A DNA stretch of 64,000 bases from Porphyridium purpureum (Eukaryota), in the NCBI GenBank assembly GCA_008690995.1, contig VRMN01000001.1:310001-374000 (forward strand), written 5' to 3'. Numbering within the stretch: position 1 is the first letter of the stretch; each line of letters opens with the position of its first letter. Below the pieces are notes generated by a model. The model searched no databases. It saw only the letters and a list, made by a program, of their open reading frames with translations, and was not told where the DNA came from. Positions 20,386-32,991 of the stretch are shown here, piece by piece. A program made the translations under genes and the position numbers.

Positions 20386-23300
20386 TAAGCCCATGCAATA
20401 TATATTGCTGGATCGTGTCACGAGCAAGAGCGCTCATCATCTGCAAGAGGCGTTGCATAAGCAGTTCGCTAGCTTGAAAAGCTTCGGTGCAAAAGTTGTC
20501 GAGATCCGCAGCGACCCAGAGAGCGGAATTGTGGCCGCAGTTGACTGGATGAAAAGCAATGGTGTGATCCCAGACATACTGGCCGCAGGCGAGGCTGTCC
20601 AGCCCGCAGAAAGGGCCATCAGAATGGTGAAAGAGCGAATGCGGTGCGTCCTGAGCGGCTTACCATTCCGAATGCCGAAGAGCCTAACCGGGTTCCTGGC
20701 TGAGTATGTAGTGCAGCGCATAAACATGATGAAAAGCTCCGTTGCGCCAGAGTACGATGGGCGATCGCCATATGAGGATCTGACAGGGCGCCTGGTTGAC
20801 GCGAAGAAGGAGCTAGCACTCGGATTTGGAGACTATTGCCAGTCGCACAGCAAGAGCGTCGACAGCACAATGGCCGAACGAACGACAGGATGCATCGCGC
20901 TGCGTCCGACCTTAAACCTGGCCGGATCATGGCTGTTCTACAACCTCAATACAAAGAACATCATCACGCGACAGAAGTGGAACCAGTTACCGCATCCAGA
21001 CTTCGTTATATCCAGGATGAACGAAATTGCTGAGCAACAGAGTGCGAGTGGTGTCGTCATAGATATTGAGGACCAGCCGCATGACGACGAAGAAGAGGAC
21101 GTGGAGGGCTTGCTAATCGATGAGCAAGATCGGCCGGAGCTGAACGCAGCGGCACAGGAAGATGTCGACCTTGTTGTGGTGGAAGCGGATGAGGACGGCG
21201 ACGCCTCGGTGGAAACGGCAGAAGAGAACGCGCGCCAAGCACAAGGCGATCCAGTCCTGGAAGAGCTGTGCACAGCAGAGGTAGCCAGTAATGCAGCGCA
21301 GGAGGCACTCGGAACTGAGACGCGCATTCCAACCGAACAAAGCCCCGCGGAGAGTTATAGTAGTCCGCAACAAGACGTTAGAGCTCTGCGATCGCAGCTC
21401 ACTGTTAGAATGCAAGCGCCGCTGGGTACCGCAAAGACGCGCTCGCCGACGAGCACGCAAGGACCTGGACAGCAACATTTTATTCCATCTGCCTCACAGA
21501 TTGTGCCTCGCGCCACAGCACCCGAAGCAAGTCCAGCGATTCGGCAAGAATACCAAGGCAGCACGCTTGCACCGAGCGCTTTGAACGACCAGCGGCTTTC
21601 AGACATGAGCACGTCAGGTGGTCGGAACGGTTGCGAGCCAGAGGTCATTGTTGATCCGCTGACAAGAACAAGCACAGCGACATACATCGACGAGCACATG
21701 GTGAAGCTGGCGGGAAAGAGGGCGCGAGCCAACGGCTCTGTGAGAGCAGAAGACATCGCCGAGAAAGTGGCCAAGCTGCAACGCAGGATTGACGAAATTG
21801 ATCAGCGTGAAAAGGAAATAGTGGAAATACAGAAAAGGACAGAGAAGAATGATCGGAGCAAAACCGGAAAGCGGAAGCAGAGCAGTGAGGACTGGGCGGA
21901 TGACGAAGAGTCTCACAAAGCGGACGCCAAAAAAGGACGAGCCTTTGTGCTGTCTGCGAATAAGAAGGGTCTTACAGCAAACATGAGTCTGATGTCGGCT
22001 TTCCGAAAGCATGGCTTGAAAGCGGTCCGTGCGGTCGTCAAGGAGGTTGCGCAACTGGATAGTAAGTATGGCTTTGGGGTTATCACTCCCGTGAGTGTGC
22101 AGAGCCTGTCAGAGGCTGAGAGGAAGCAGATCCTACCCACTCACATATTTCTCAGAGAGAAGCTTGACGCAGATGGATCGATCCAGAAAATCAAAGCCAG
22201 AGTTGTAGCGGGAGGCAATCACCAGGATCCAGCAGTGTACCCGAAGAAGTCGTCACCGACTGTTGCCACAGATAGTCTGTTATTGCTCGCAGCAATAGCA
22301 GCCAACGCAAAGTACGCTGTGGGTAAGGCTGACTTTCCCGGTGCGTTCTTGAATGCACTAATGCCTCCTGATGGTCCAAAGGTACACGTGAGGTTGGACA
22401 GGTACCTGACGAGGGTGTTATGTGGCCTAGACGACAAGTATCTTCGTTACGTGCGCTCCGATGGCGGCTTGGTGTGCGTTTTGAAAAAGGCGCTGTACGG
22501 AACAATCATGGCCGCGCGCCAGTGGTTCCTGACGGTAAAAAAGATGTTGCAAGAACTGCGCTTTTCGCAGAATCGATTCGACGAGTGCGTATTCAGACGC
22601 GGCAATGTATCGCTCGCAATACACGTTGACGACATAATCGTGTTCGCTCCGTCCGCGCGCGAGGTGAAAATTGTGTTGGATGAAATCGAGCGCAGGTACC
22701 CAGGACTGCAGAGAGAGCAGGGGGATACCGTCGAGTACCTGGGTATGCGCTTTGCATTTGACAGAAGTACAGCCACTGTGCTGGTTAGCATGAATGGATA
22801 CATCGGCACCATGCTGAGCGAGTTTGGTGCAAGTGGACGGGCGCGCACGCCGGCAGGTACTGACCTGTACGAAGTGGGATCGACCGAAAGGCTCACAAGA
22901 GATAAGAAAGACGATTTCCACACGTGGACAGCGAAGCTGTTGTACGTAGCCAAACGCGTGAGGCCAGACATCCTTACGGCCGTCGGGTATCTGACGACGA
23001 GGGTGCACGAGCCGAACATTCGCGATTGGCAAAAGCTGGAGCGTGTCATGAAGTATTTGGCAGCCACCCAAGAAATGGGTCTGCGACTTGGAGCGAGCAC
23101 GGAGAAAACAGTGGTCTGCGGTGCGGACGCGTCGTACGGTGCATGCGACGACTATAGGTCGGTCACGGGGACTTCGGTCACGTTGGGTACCGGGGCTGTG
23201 TACGCCAGGAGCAGCAAGCAGAAGCTTGTGACAAAAAGTTCGACAGAAGCCGAACTTGTCGCTGCCAGCGACAGTCTCGGGCAGGTGCTTTGGACGGCGC

Positions 23301-23644
23301 GGTTCCTTCGCGATCAAGGCTTCGAGCTCAAAGAGAGTGTGTTGCTTCAAGATAACAACTCTGCCATAGCGCTGATGAAACACGGCAAGCCAACCTCCAT
23401 GAGGACAAAGCACATCGGAATCCGGTATTTCGTCGTGCACGACGCAGCGGATAGAGGCGACATACGCGTCGTGTATTGCCCAACCGAAGATCTGACCGCA
23501 GATCTGTTAACGAAACCTCTCCAGGGCAAGGTCTTTGAAAAGCACCGTGCGAACTTGCTCGGCTCCGCGAGCACGAAACACGTTGCTTATGACAACACGC
23601 GCCAAGGAGGGAGTGTGTTAAGATGTGTGGAGCATGGCGGTTAA
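20386..23644 (+). pseudogene. pol: Copia-1 Pol, 3' part (integrase core, RT, RNase H)
   Basis: SDPES...AERAIR integrase core, KARVVAGG, LKKALYG, HVDD, SSTEAE, TKHI, ADLLTKPL. Stop codon lies inside the 3' LTR. Confidence 0.92.
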
Positions 23645-23922
23645 CGGTTAGTGGTTAACTTTTAGTCGTTAAGCCGTTAAGCTGATCACTGATAAGGGAC
23701 GTGACTTGAGAAGGGAAACTCTCGGCTGCGGTTGTTGGCCGGCGGTAGGAGCGTAGGAGAATGGGTCCGTTGGCTTATAAGTCGCGCGCGAAGCTCGGTG
23801 CTGAGCGCGAGCGCGGTGGGCTTCGGTAGGGAGTGCGAGTTGGAAAAGTTATACGTTTAGAACTTGATAAACTTGGTCGTTGGATTGGAGGTTGTCCATC
23901 AGCGGAGCGAGGTTTCCGAACA
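23616..23922 (+). repeat. Copia-1 3' LTR
   Basis: Direct repeat of 11896-12202, followed by TSD GATTC. Confidence 0.97.
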
Positions 23923-24046
23923 GATTCATGGGGTTAAAGAACCACACACACATCGGATGACATGTTGCAGGACAGCCTGAGATGGGCCGCGGACCCGGGA
24001 GACGGTGCGCGGGCCGTCGTAGCGAAGCGGAAGCGCGTGTAAGTCA

Positions 24047-24128
24047 GCGAGTGGGTGCGGCGAGTGGGCGCGGTGAGGGGCCGCGGTGAGGGGGCGTGGT
24101 AAGGGGGCGCGGTGAGAGGGCGCGGAGG
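24047..24128. repeat. Degenerate 13-bp G-rich tandem repeat (GGTGAGGGGGCGC-like, ~6 copies)
   Basis: Direct reading. Confidence 0.75.
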
Positions 24129-25279
24129 TGAATTCTAGTTAAGCTTTTTTCCCTGAGGGGTTTTTTTCAGCTCTAGAGCTCGCCTATAAAAGGTCGTAAA
24201 ATTAAGCTGGGATCGATAGTGACGGAAAATAAAAAGGGTATGGATCTTGGGAAGAAAAGCGGAGTTTGGAAGGTTTCTGGAAGGATTCATCCGCTCGGGC
24301 AGAGATAGCTGCCGAGTGTAAGGCTACGGGGAGTGGGGGTACAGTGGATGGGAGTGATACGGACAGGTACGTTTGCGTGAGAGTGGGACTACTTACGAAG
24401 CGTTGTTTTTTGGTGTCCTTTTTGCGGGGCCGCAACAGACACATGGTCCCAAAAGTGACATGACGCCGAGAACAACCATACACTAGTTCCACGAGCGACG
24501 CAGCACCAAGAACACAGCCGCGTAGAAGCAACGGAAGCCCAAGACGTGGAAAGGCCCTACATATAGAATCTCCACTACAGCATTTAGTGTCGGCACGGAC
24601 GGCACCGATCTTGAGAAGTGCACGGCGTCTTATCGGACAAGGCCGCAGTCTGCCTTTAGTGTTCCAGGAGAAGCGAAATCTTTTATGCACGATCTGCTGC
24701 TGGCTCTACCATTTAGGCTCAGAAAATAGCTCCAATCTGTCCAAGGACCATGCCCTGGCACTCGGCACCGAAAAATAAGAAAGGAAAAGGTTCATTGTTT
24801 TGTTGTGTGCTACCCCCGCAGTCACTACATCGCTCAAATCAAGACATGCGCCCGCCTGGCACGGATCCAACTCAAACATTCTAAACTCAAACCATTCTCA
24901 GACTTTAACTTCCTAAATATTTCGCAAAGCTCCTGTGCATCGGAGGAGATTATATACCGCCCCAAAATCCTGCGTCTAACTTTTCACAGTGGTTTAGGGA
25001 GAGGGTTCTGGGGTAAGGGTAACGTGGGTGTCAAGAGAAGTGCGCACATTTAGAATAGAACCCCACATACGCTTCCGAATTCTGCTGCAAATTCGATGTT
25101 TTTAGTACATACGGCAAATGTTGCCCGACGTAAATCCAGTGCACAACGCGCACGAAAAGGGTAGGGCCGGGGAAGAAGATTGGCGACGGCCCGAGACTGA
25201 TCGGGGACAGAGGCGCAAATTCTGATCAATGTGTGTGCACATGTACAACACAACCGCTCGGCTACCACAAGACGCCACT

Positions 25280-25462
25280 TGTCACAAACGGAGCTTCCTT
25301 CTTCACTTTCTCTATTCTCCTCTACCTCTTCTCTTCTCCTTCCTAGCATTTTTTTCTTATTGTTCAGCTGGTGCTGGAACTATGTTATACCCGCCTTTCG
25401 GCGCCGCAACGGCTTACCCGGAGGATTCAGCCCTCGGAAAAACCCAATCCGGCGACCATCAA
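25280..25462 (-). mobile_element. Truncated, diverged LTR of the same gypsy family, with an adjacent tRNA-type PBS
   Basis: Starts TGTCACAAACGGAGCTTC like 14156 and 20090 and stays alignable to about 25462. On the minus strand it is followed by AG then TGGCGTCTTGTGG. Confidence 0.85.
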
Positions 25463-25644
25463 GATAAAGTGCGTCTCAAACAATTAGCACACTGCAAAAT
25501 TTGTCCATTTTCATAGTAAATTATGAAATTTTACCATGAAGACGTGTTTCGGAGGGGGAAACAGGATGCTCAAATAAATAGCACATCAGTATTTTGGCGC
25601 GCCCGGCGGCGGCCAGTCGACAAGAAGGCGATCTCGGGCGGGAA

Positions 25645-26659
25645 ATGAAGCGCGCGGGTGCGTTGACCGAGGCGGAGAAGCGTGCCATCTGGGGATGGCG
25701 CGCGGAGGGGCTGAAATCGTCCGATATAGCCACGCGCGCGGATCGGTCCAGAAATGCCGTAAAACGCTTTCTGGACCAGCCCGACGCGACCCCAGGCTAC
25801 GTCGGCAATCAGAATGCCCGTAAATTCACAGGACCCGCTCAAACGCGTGTTTTTAATAAACTTAGAGCGGCTCCTAGGAGCCCTCTAAAGGCTCTCACAA
25901 TGCAGGTCAATACCGGCAGGTCCCAAAGGAAGCCGGTAAGCCGTGAGACAGTGAGGCGCAATATGGCCGATGATCTGTCCTTTCGGCGTGCCATCGTCAG
26001 GCAGCCTCTTTCCCGTGAGAATCGGCTGCGTCGCGTGGCCATTTGCCATGCAAAATCTGAACAAAATTGAAGAGCATAGAAAAGTCATCTTTACGGACGA
26101 AAAGAAGTTCAATTTAGATGGCCCTGATGGGTATTCTGGTCAGTGGGTCCGGACAGGAGAGTTCTCGGATCGAGTCCGCCGTCATACGGGCGGCGGAAGT
26201 GTGATGTTTTGGATGGCAATTTCTTCCGCTGGGAAGATGGCGCTCCTGAAGACCCCAGCAAGGATCACTTCAGGAAACTATGTGGCCATGCTGGAGTCCT
26301 CTCGAGTGGCGACCATCTTCAGTGAAACCCATCCAGAAGGATGGACATTCATGCAGGACAATGCCCCTGCTCATGCGGCGCGGAATACAAAGTCCTTCTT
26401 CGCGCGCGAAGGATGGCATGTAATGGATTGGCCAGCGTACTCGCCAGACCTGAACCCGGTGGAGAACTTTTGGAGCAGTATGTCGCGCCAAATTTACGCC
26501 GGAAACGGGCAGTATGAGTCTCTCTCGGAGCTGGAGGCTGATATCATGGAAGTGTGGGCGTCGATCACGAACGCAGAGGTTCGGAGCCTTGTGACGGGGT
26601 GGAATGCACGTCTACACCGGTGCGTGAACAAGGAGGGCGCGAAATTTCAGAACTTATAG
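25645..26659 (+). pseudogene. Tc1-like DD34E transposase A, frameshifted near 26040
   Basis: N-terminal HTH region, then FTDEKKFNLDG, MQDNAPAH, WPAYSPDLNPVE (34 residues between D and E). The two halves are in different frames. TIRs not convincingly found. Confidence 0.9.
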
Positions 26660-26730
26660 TCTTTAGAGCTCCGTACAGTCTCTCTTTGTCAAGTGTGCTA
26701 TCAGTCTGTGTCTTTTATTTTGAGGATTTG

Positions 26731-27257
26731 CAGTATATAAGGCACATTTTTACCTATATAAGGCGAAATGTACCGCTATACGGCGAACATGTACCGATGT
26801 AAGGCGAAGAATATTATATTCGTACATGGTCGCCGTATATCAATACCTTGTTTCCGTACAGTATGTCCATGTACCGATATAAGGCGAGTCTCACATATAT
26901 ACGGCTTATAGTACACATATACTTCTTTATGGACATATACAATACGACGACTTGCAAGATGTAAACCACTACGTATCTATTTAAGGCAGCACGTACAATG
27001 TACTCATACAATGTACATGTGTAACTCCTTATACAAACATATAATGCATGCTACATAATGAACCCATGTATTGTACATATATACACTTCGGCGTACGTAT
27101 GTAGGATAGTACGCTACAAGATTTACGTCGCGATGAACACATAAAAGGTGGTGCAGATAGAATGTACTGATATAATGTACACAGATATACCATCATGTAC
27201 GTATAAAATACGCGACCCATAATGCACCCGTGCAATGTACGTATATAAACTGCGGTG
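26731..27257. repeat. AT-rich degenerate repeat tract (TATAAGGCGAA.ATGTACCG-like units, direct and inverted)
   Basis: Sharp drop in GC content; recurring TATAAGGC and ATGTAC words; one inverted unit near 26823-26840. Confidence 0.6.
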
Positions 27258-27259
27258 TA

Positions 27260-28804
27260 CAGTCCTGGCCAAGATGTTTGCAAAACCTGCATTTTGGTCC
27301 AAAAAATTGGATCTTATAGTAAAACAGCCCGTTCTAATAGAACATTTATTTTTAACTCTTTTTTTAACATTGTCAACATCGAGCATGACGGTGAACCAAG
27401 GCGCGGCGCGCGCGTTTTTGTTTTCCCCAGACCATCAGAAGGTGCTCAAAGGATCTTCGCTCGCTGATCCATCTCCTCGTGCGCAAGTGGAGAGTCTCCA
27501 GATCGAAATTGAGCGCGCAACGGCCGGACAATGGCGCCGTGGCTATCGGAACACGAAAAGGGGCAGATCGACGCCCTTGCGGGCCAGGAACTGTCGGTGC
27601 GAGCCATTGCGAAGGCTCTGAAGCCTCGCCCAGATCGCTCGCGACCGTCCTATGCAACTGTGAGCCATTATCTGGCGTCAAGGGGGCGCCGAATTGTCCG
27701 CAAGAAGCCAGGTCCGAAACGGCTTTTGAGGCGCAAATCGGAACGCCGCATCATTCGCGCCGTATCTGTTGATGCACTGACGTCCGGACAGGTGGTTCAC
27801 GAGCTGCACTTGCAGTGCTCGGCCAGGACAGTGCGTCGGACGCTTCAAGCAGCAGGCTTTCCTCGCTACAGGCGAGTCTCGCGGAAACCTTCGCTGTCGT
27901 CTGACAACATCAGGAAGCGTTTGGCGTTTGCCACCGCATGCATTGCGAAACCAATGGCTTTCTGACATCAAGTGGTCTTTTCAGACGAGAAGATTTGGAG
28001 CTGCGATGGCCCATTCGGCTCCTCGCAGCGATGGGTCGACTGTCGCGTCAAGTCAAGTTCGTACGCCAGGCGCCAGCACTCTGGAGGTGGCAAGGTTCAC
28101 ATGTGGGCCGGTATGTCCCTGCGCGGCCTAACAATGGCCGTCTTCGTCGAGTGTGGCTTGAATGCCGTGAAGTATCAACAAGTCTTGCTGGAAGCCTTGC
28201 TTCCGTTCGGCCTGGAAATGTATGACTTCAATTTCACTTTCCAGCAAGACAATGCCCCGGCACATACGGCCAACTCGACCAAGGCGTGGCTCGACGCACT
28301 CGGCGTCACTGTGCTGCCGTGGCCTGCAAGGTCTCCGGACCTTAACCCAATTGAAAACATTTGGGGTGTCTTGTCGCGCGTGGTTTACCGAAAAGGCCGC
28401 CAGTTCGCACGCGTCGCAGAACTTAAGGCTGCCGTCCTTGCGGCGTGGGCGACCGAGGCCCAAAAGTACGTAGTTCCACTGTTGGAGTCCATGCCTCGCC
28501 GTCTTCAAGCTGTACTAGACGCGCGCGGCCACCACACCAAGTACTAAAGTCTCACCCTTCTTGATCTTCGTGTTTCTTTCTTACGTTCCAAAATTTGCGC
28601 CCCTCGTCAATAACCCCTTTTTGCTGTCTCCATTACCCATGCGCTCTTTCCTTGCCTTTTCCTCCCGGTTGGACGCTCCCCCGTGTTTCTTGGGACGCGC
28701 GATCGATTGGCGTGCTCAAAACATACCCTTGTCTATAAAGATTCTTCACTTTTACACGAATTTCACTTTTTATGAGGGTGTTGCAAACATCTTGGCCAGG
28801 ACTG
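27260..28804 (+). mobile_element. Complete Tc1-like DNA transposon B (1545 bp)
   Basis: Perfect 24-bp TIRs CAGTCCTGGCCAAGATGTTTGCAA; TA target duplication at 27258-27259 and 28805-28806. Confidence 0.96.
27531..28547 (+). pseudogene. Tc1-like DD34E transposase B with one in-frame TGA (27963-27965)
   Basis: FSDEK, QQDNAPAH, WPARSPDLNPIE. Both ORF halves are in the same frame, and the stop sits where Trp is usual. Confidence 0.9.
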
Positions 28805-29014
28805 TATTCGGTTTTTATGCAACCCGTACCGCAACCCATAGTAAAACATAGTAAAACATAGTAAATAGCTAGAGCCGTTAAACCGGTAGCCCTTCTAGCA
28901 TGAAACCGTTAAGCCGGTAGGACAAACGAAACGTTCAAGACGTGAAGCAGCGCACAAGTTCGGGCTGGCGGAGTTTACGGAGCGCGGGAAGCGGGACGAA
29001 GAAAGTTCCTTACG

Positions 29015-30859
29015 ATGCCGAATGAGGACACTCTGAAGCGTTACCGTGCAATTGTGTGCGAGTTTTTGGGAATGGTACGAGGCGAGGCTGTCGATGTCTG
29101 GACGCCGGAAATGATTCAAGGGATCAAACCGGAGCACGTGGTTGACTTTTTTAAAACAAAAGTTTACGGCTCCTGTGCGCCAACGGCAAGTCAGCGGCCA
29201 GGAGGGCGCACGAGCAGCTTGGTATTATACAGAAAGGCGATTTCGCACTGTAAGCCATCACGAAATACGGAGTGGACGTATATTATCGAGACTCCCGCGG
29301 GCGGTGACGTTGTCACTAGGTACTTTGGGAATCCCACTAGGTGCCCAACTGTCAACGATTACATCAAGAAACTGCGTAGACTTGAAATCCGCAAATTGGG
29401 CAAGGAATCAAGTGCGAGAAGACCAATGTCGCGGGCTGAGTACAAGCGAATGATTGAAATTCTCGAGAGAGAGAAAGAGTTTAAGTACTCGGCCATTTGC
29501 AGGCTACAGTTCCATTTGATTGCGCGGCGGGATGATACTTGTCGGGCCTTCAAGTGCAATCTTCTTCAACATGAGCGGTTCAAGTTTGCGCTCACCATGA
29601 AGCTCGCGTGGTCGAAAAACGTTCTAGAAGAGCGAGACTGCCCTCGCCAAATTCTTCTAGCGTCTGAGCAGCATTGTGTGTTTGTAGCACTTGCGCTCTT
29701 TCTGGAGACAAACACAGACAACACGAATGAGTGGCTCTTTGACAGCAGTCCAAAGCTGCTGAAAGACAGGCTCATGAGCCACCTCCAAACCAAAGTTTTC
29801 AGTGGTCTTGTCAAAGTGGGGACGCATTCGGTGCGGAAATTTGCGCTTACACATGCGCGAGAAAACGGGTGCTCCCGGGACGATGCAAAGAGTCGTGGCA
29901 GATGGAAAGTGTCAAGAGACATTTTGAATACATACGAAGATGTGAGTTTGCCGTACCCGGACGCGCGCGTTGCCAGCGCATTGTCGCTTGGTGGTGCAAT
30001 ACGATATCATGTGGATGAGAGCAAAGTGACAGACGACTGAATAATTGCGCACGTGGTGCCAATGACAGCACGTGAATACCCTCGCGGAGTTGCGGTGGAG
30101 TTAGGGAAAGCATTGTTATGGCACTGCTTCGCTACGGACGCAGACTTCGGCGGCGTGTCGATTCGTATCAAGCGCGCGTATGCTGCGAGCAGCGCAAGCT
30201 GCCAACGCCCTGTCAAGCGCATGAAAGCGTGCATTAGTGGACACGAGGGTGTCGTCAATATCGACGATATACCAGAAGACGACGCACCAACAGCTGGCTC
30301 CGCGCGAGACGGCACGAGAAGCCATGACGTGCACGTTCTCGCCTCCGTCAATCGGTTGGAGGGAAGTATAGAGCACAAGATTGTAGGGCTTCAATCGGAG
30401 ATGAGAGCTCAAGCCGCAAAGCTGGAAAGCTCCATGGAGCACCTCAAACAGACTGCAACGCGAGCCTTGCGAATGCCAGTCCGTCGCAGCGTGCACATTA
30501 AATCTGTCGGGACCCCTGGTATACTTGACGGCCAAACGTCACGCGTGGACCCTGAGAGGCCAGCCGCTCTTGCCAAGAATCCCAGGACTATTCACGACTT
30601 ATGGAATGAGTACATGTTCGGATTGGTCGGCAACAAACCAGCGAAGGATTTTACCGCACCCGAAAGAGGGCGCGTCAAATTTAAATACTGAAGGAGAAAC
30701 GTAGTCTGGCAAGAATTCGAAAGACTTGTAAGACAAGGTCATGATTCAACAAGTGCGTGTGACAAAGTTTATGAAGCCTACGGCCGGGCAGCTTCGGTGA
30801 CCGAAATTATCGACAAAATGAAAGCTGCTCGCAAAACCGGAGGACATCATGCGCTGTAG
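29015..30859 (+). mobile_element. Crypton-type tyrosine-recombinase transposon ORF with a GCR1_C-like C-terminus and two in-frame TGA stops
   Basis: YR catalytic residues: LIARRDD (R), GTHSVRK (HxxR), RGRW, TYED (Y); also GNPTR. C-terminal PRTIHDLWNEYMFG...KPAKDFT...KY*RRNVVW. One frame with stops at 30038-30040 and 30689-30691, final TAG at 30857-30859. No RT nearby. Confidence 0.82.
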
Positions 30860-31989
30860 AAAACCAAAGAAGTGACTTGACGATGCTTCGCATAACTCCA
30901 GTGGCTCACGTTGTGCGCATGTGTCGACAAAGTGCTGCTCGGTCTGTCCACAAGGAAGCAATCTGTCAGCGATGATAAGACTGGACGCCGACTTCACAGA
31001 GGAACCCACTTTGCGGTGCGCACACAAAAATCCGTACGCGTATCGTTGACGACCAGCGGCAACTCACTCCGATCAACGGCACGTGACGAAGTGCAACATT
31101 CCACCCGGGCGCTTTGCTGTGACGGCGGCGCCCGCTCGTCTTTCCTCCCATCGACAACTTTTTTCAATTCATGTACAAATTCTATTTCTATTTCCAACAG
31201 TTTGACACGCTTGTGTTCGATGCCAAGTCCTGCGCCGATTTCGTGCACCCTGGAGCACGCCATTCGCGTTCGCAAGGGACGCCGGCACATAGTCGAGAAT
31301 ATTGCATATCAAGGTCATGGCGCCGCGGCTATACGCAATATTTTTACTCGGCTCAAGGAATTCGGAGATCTGGCGCTATTGCTCCGTCGCCACTTCCATA
31401 CTTCGTCTGCTTACCAGCACCATCTGCCGCACCACTGCCGTCTCGCACAAAAGGCGCATATCGCATGGTCCGCTTCTCCTCCATTCATCACCGCTGCTCC
31501 TGTTTCCGCCTTGACTCTGGAAATTATCACCGAGCAATAATTTTCCACATACAGTTCCTCAGAGCCTGTGCCATAGTCAGCCGACCTTCCGCTGAATTGA
31601 GCTCTATGGCGTAGCTCATTGAGTTTTCCTTTAGCGTGAATGAGTTCATGTTAGGTCGCATTTCCCGAAGTGCGCAACCGCACAGCCTGCGCTTACAACG
31701 GACCCGCGAATTAATCAAGATTCTCGAACTCAACCGCGTCCGGCTCCGTCTGCAGCGACTCAAAAAAAGGAGACTGCACACTTTGCGACAGCTGGCTTCG
31801 AAGCCAGCATGCCTAAGCACCGGATCTGCATAGCTGCAACCGCCCCTCTGTGTGGCGGCTGCATTATTGAAGCCCACATTTTCCATTGTAGCCGTCTCGT
31901 GATCAACTCCAGAAAGCACGCTGCGCGCATTCTCAATCTCACTCCGCATGGAAGTGACCCACTCCCCGAACGCTTTTAGGCGGCTGCGC

Positions 31990-32581
31990 AAAAAGAAGTT
32001 CAACCTGGACGGACCAGATGGTTTCCACAAGACGCGGCTTGAGCGTTCGGCGGACGTTCAAGACATTTGGACGCGACATTCTGGCACCAGTGGATGCATG
32101 GTTTGGGGTGCAATTTCTGCAAGAGGAAAGATTCTCCTTGATTTTATTGAGGGGACATTTACGGCTGCCAAGTATGTTTCCATGCTTCGAGCGGACAATG
32201 TGCTGGACCGCTGCCGTCAGATAGTCGGCCCGAACATGACTCTTCAGCAGGATAACGCGCCAGTGCACACAAGTCGCCTGGTTAAGAATTTCATGAATGA
32301 CGAGAATGTGGAGCTTCTACTGGCCAGCGTACTCGCCGGACTTCAATATCATCGTGAATCTGTGGGGGATACTAGCGCGCAAGGTTCACGAGGGTGCAAG
32401 GCAGTATCAGACAGTGCTGGAGCTCAAGAATGCCATTTTATTGGCTTGGGAGACTTTGGAGCAGCCTGTACTGGCCAATTCTTACGCGTCTCTGCTGAAA
32501 CGCGTATTCAATTGTGCGTATATTCGAGGCGTATACATGCAAGGAAATCGAGACCAATTCCGATTATCTTTGGCTGAGTAA
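31990..32581 (+). pseudogene. 5'-truncated Tc1-like transposase fragment C
   Basis: KKFNLDGPDG, MVWGAIS, QQDNAPVH, then a frameshift into WPAYSPDFN. Confidence 0.85.
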
Positions 32582-32991
32582 TGGCCAGAAGTGCGCCATG
32601 TCCCTTGTCCGTTCTGACCTCCTTCACTTTCCTTTTTCACTGGACCCTCAATCCTTTTTAAAGTAAAGCAGATCGTTTTACGAGTAAAACTTGAAAAAAG
32701 GTACTGCGCCCTTTCCGATTTGGTCGCACTTTAAGAGAGCTGTACCCTTGCCTGGCACGATGCTTGTGCCACGCGCAAAGTCAAAAGCTCAACTCAAAGT
32801 TCATTGCAAAAAGAAGCGTTTTCACAGAAAACCATCTTTTGGAAAATCCTGTTTTGACGGGATTTTCGCTTTTGAAAAAGTAGAAAGCGCGTGTTTTGGC
32901 AGGCCTCCATGGAGCCATGAGAGGTTCTATCACGTGTGCAAGCGCACCAGCGCATCTACTCATTTCGGGCATAACATCGTGACCTGGTCCG

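Larger units (their letters stand above)
11896..23922 (+). mobile_element. Ty1/copia LTR retrotransposon (Copia-1), interrupted by a nested gypsy element
   Basis: 307-bp TG...CA LTRs, 5-bp TSD GATTC (11891-11895 and 23923-23927), domain order gag-PR-IN-RT-RH, PPT AAGGAGGGAGTG before the 3' LTR. Confidence 0.97.

Noticed and set aside
22427..23440. Long antisense ORFs over pol and host genes (also 34660..35562, 10652..11419, 4719..5687)
   Set aside because: Shadow ORFs expected in GC-rich coding DNA; no motifs.
25465..26735. Terminal inverted repeats for Tc1 element A
   Set aside because: The left end TA-AAGTGCGTCTC looks like a decayed CAGTG terminus, but only a 9-bp match (AGTGTGCTA) is found on the right, which is insufficient.
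30880..31980. Short ORFs between the Crypton and Tc1 fragment C
   Set aside because: No recognisable motif in the frames examined; left unassigned as probable TE debris.
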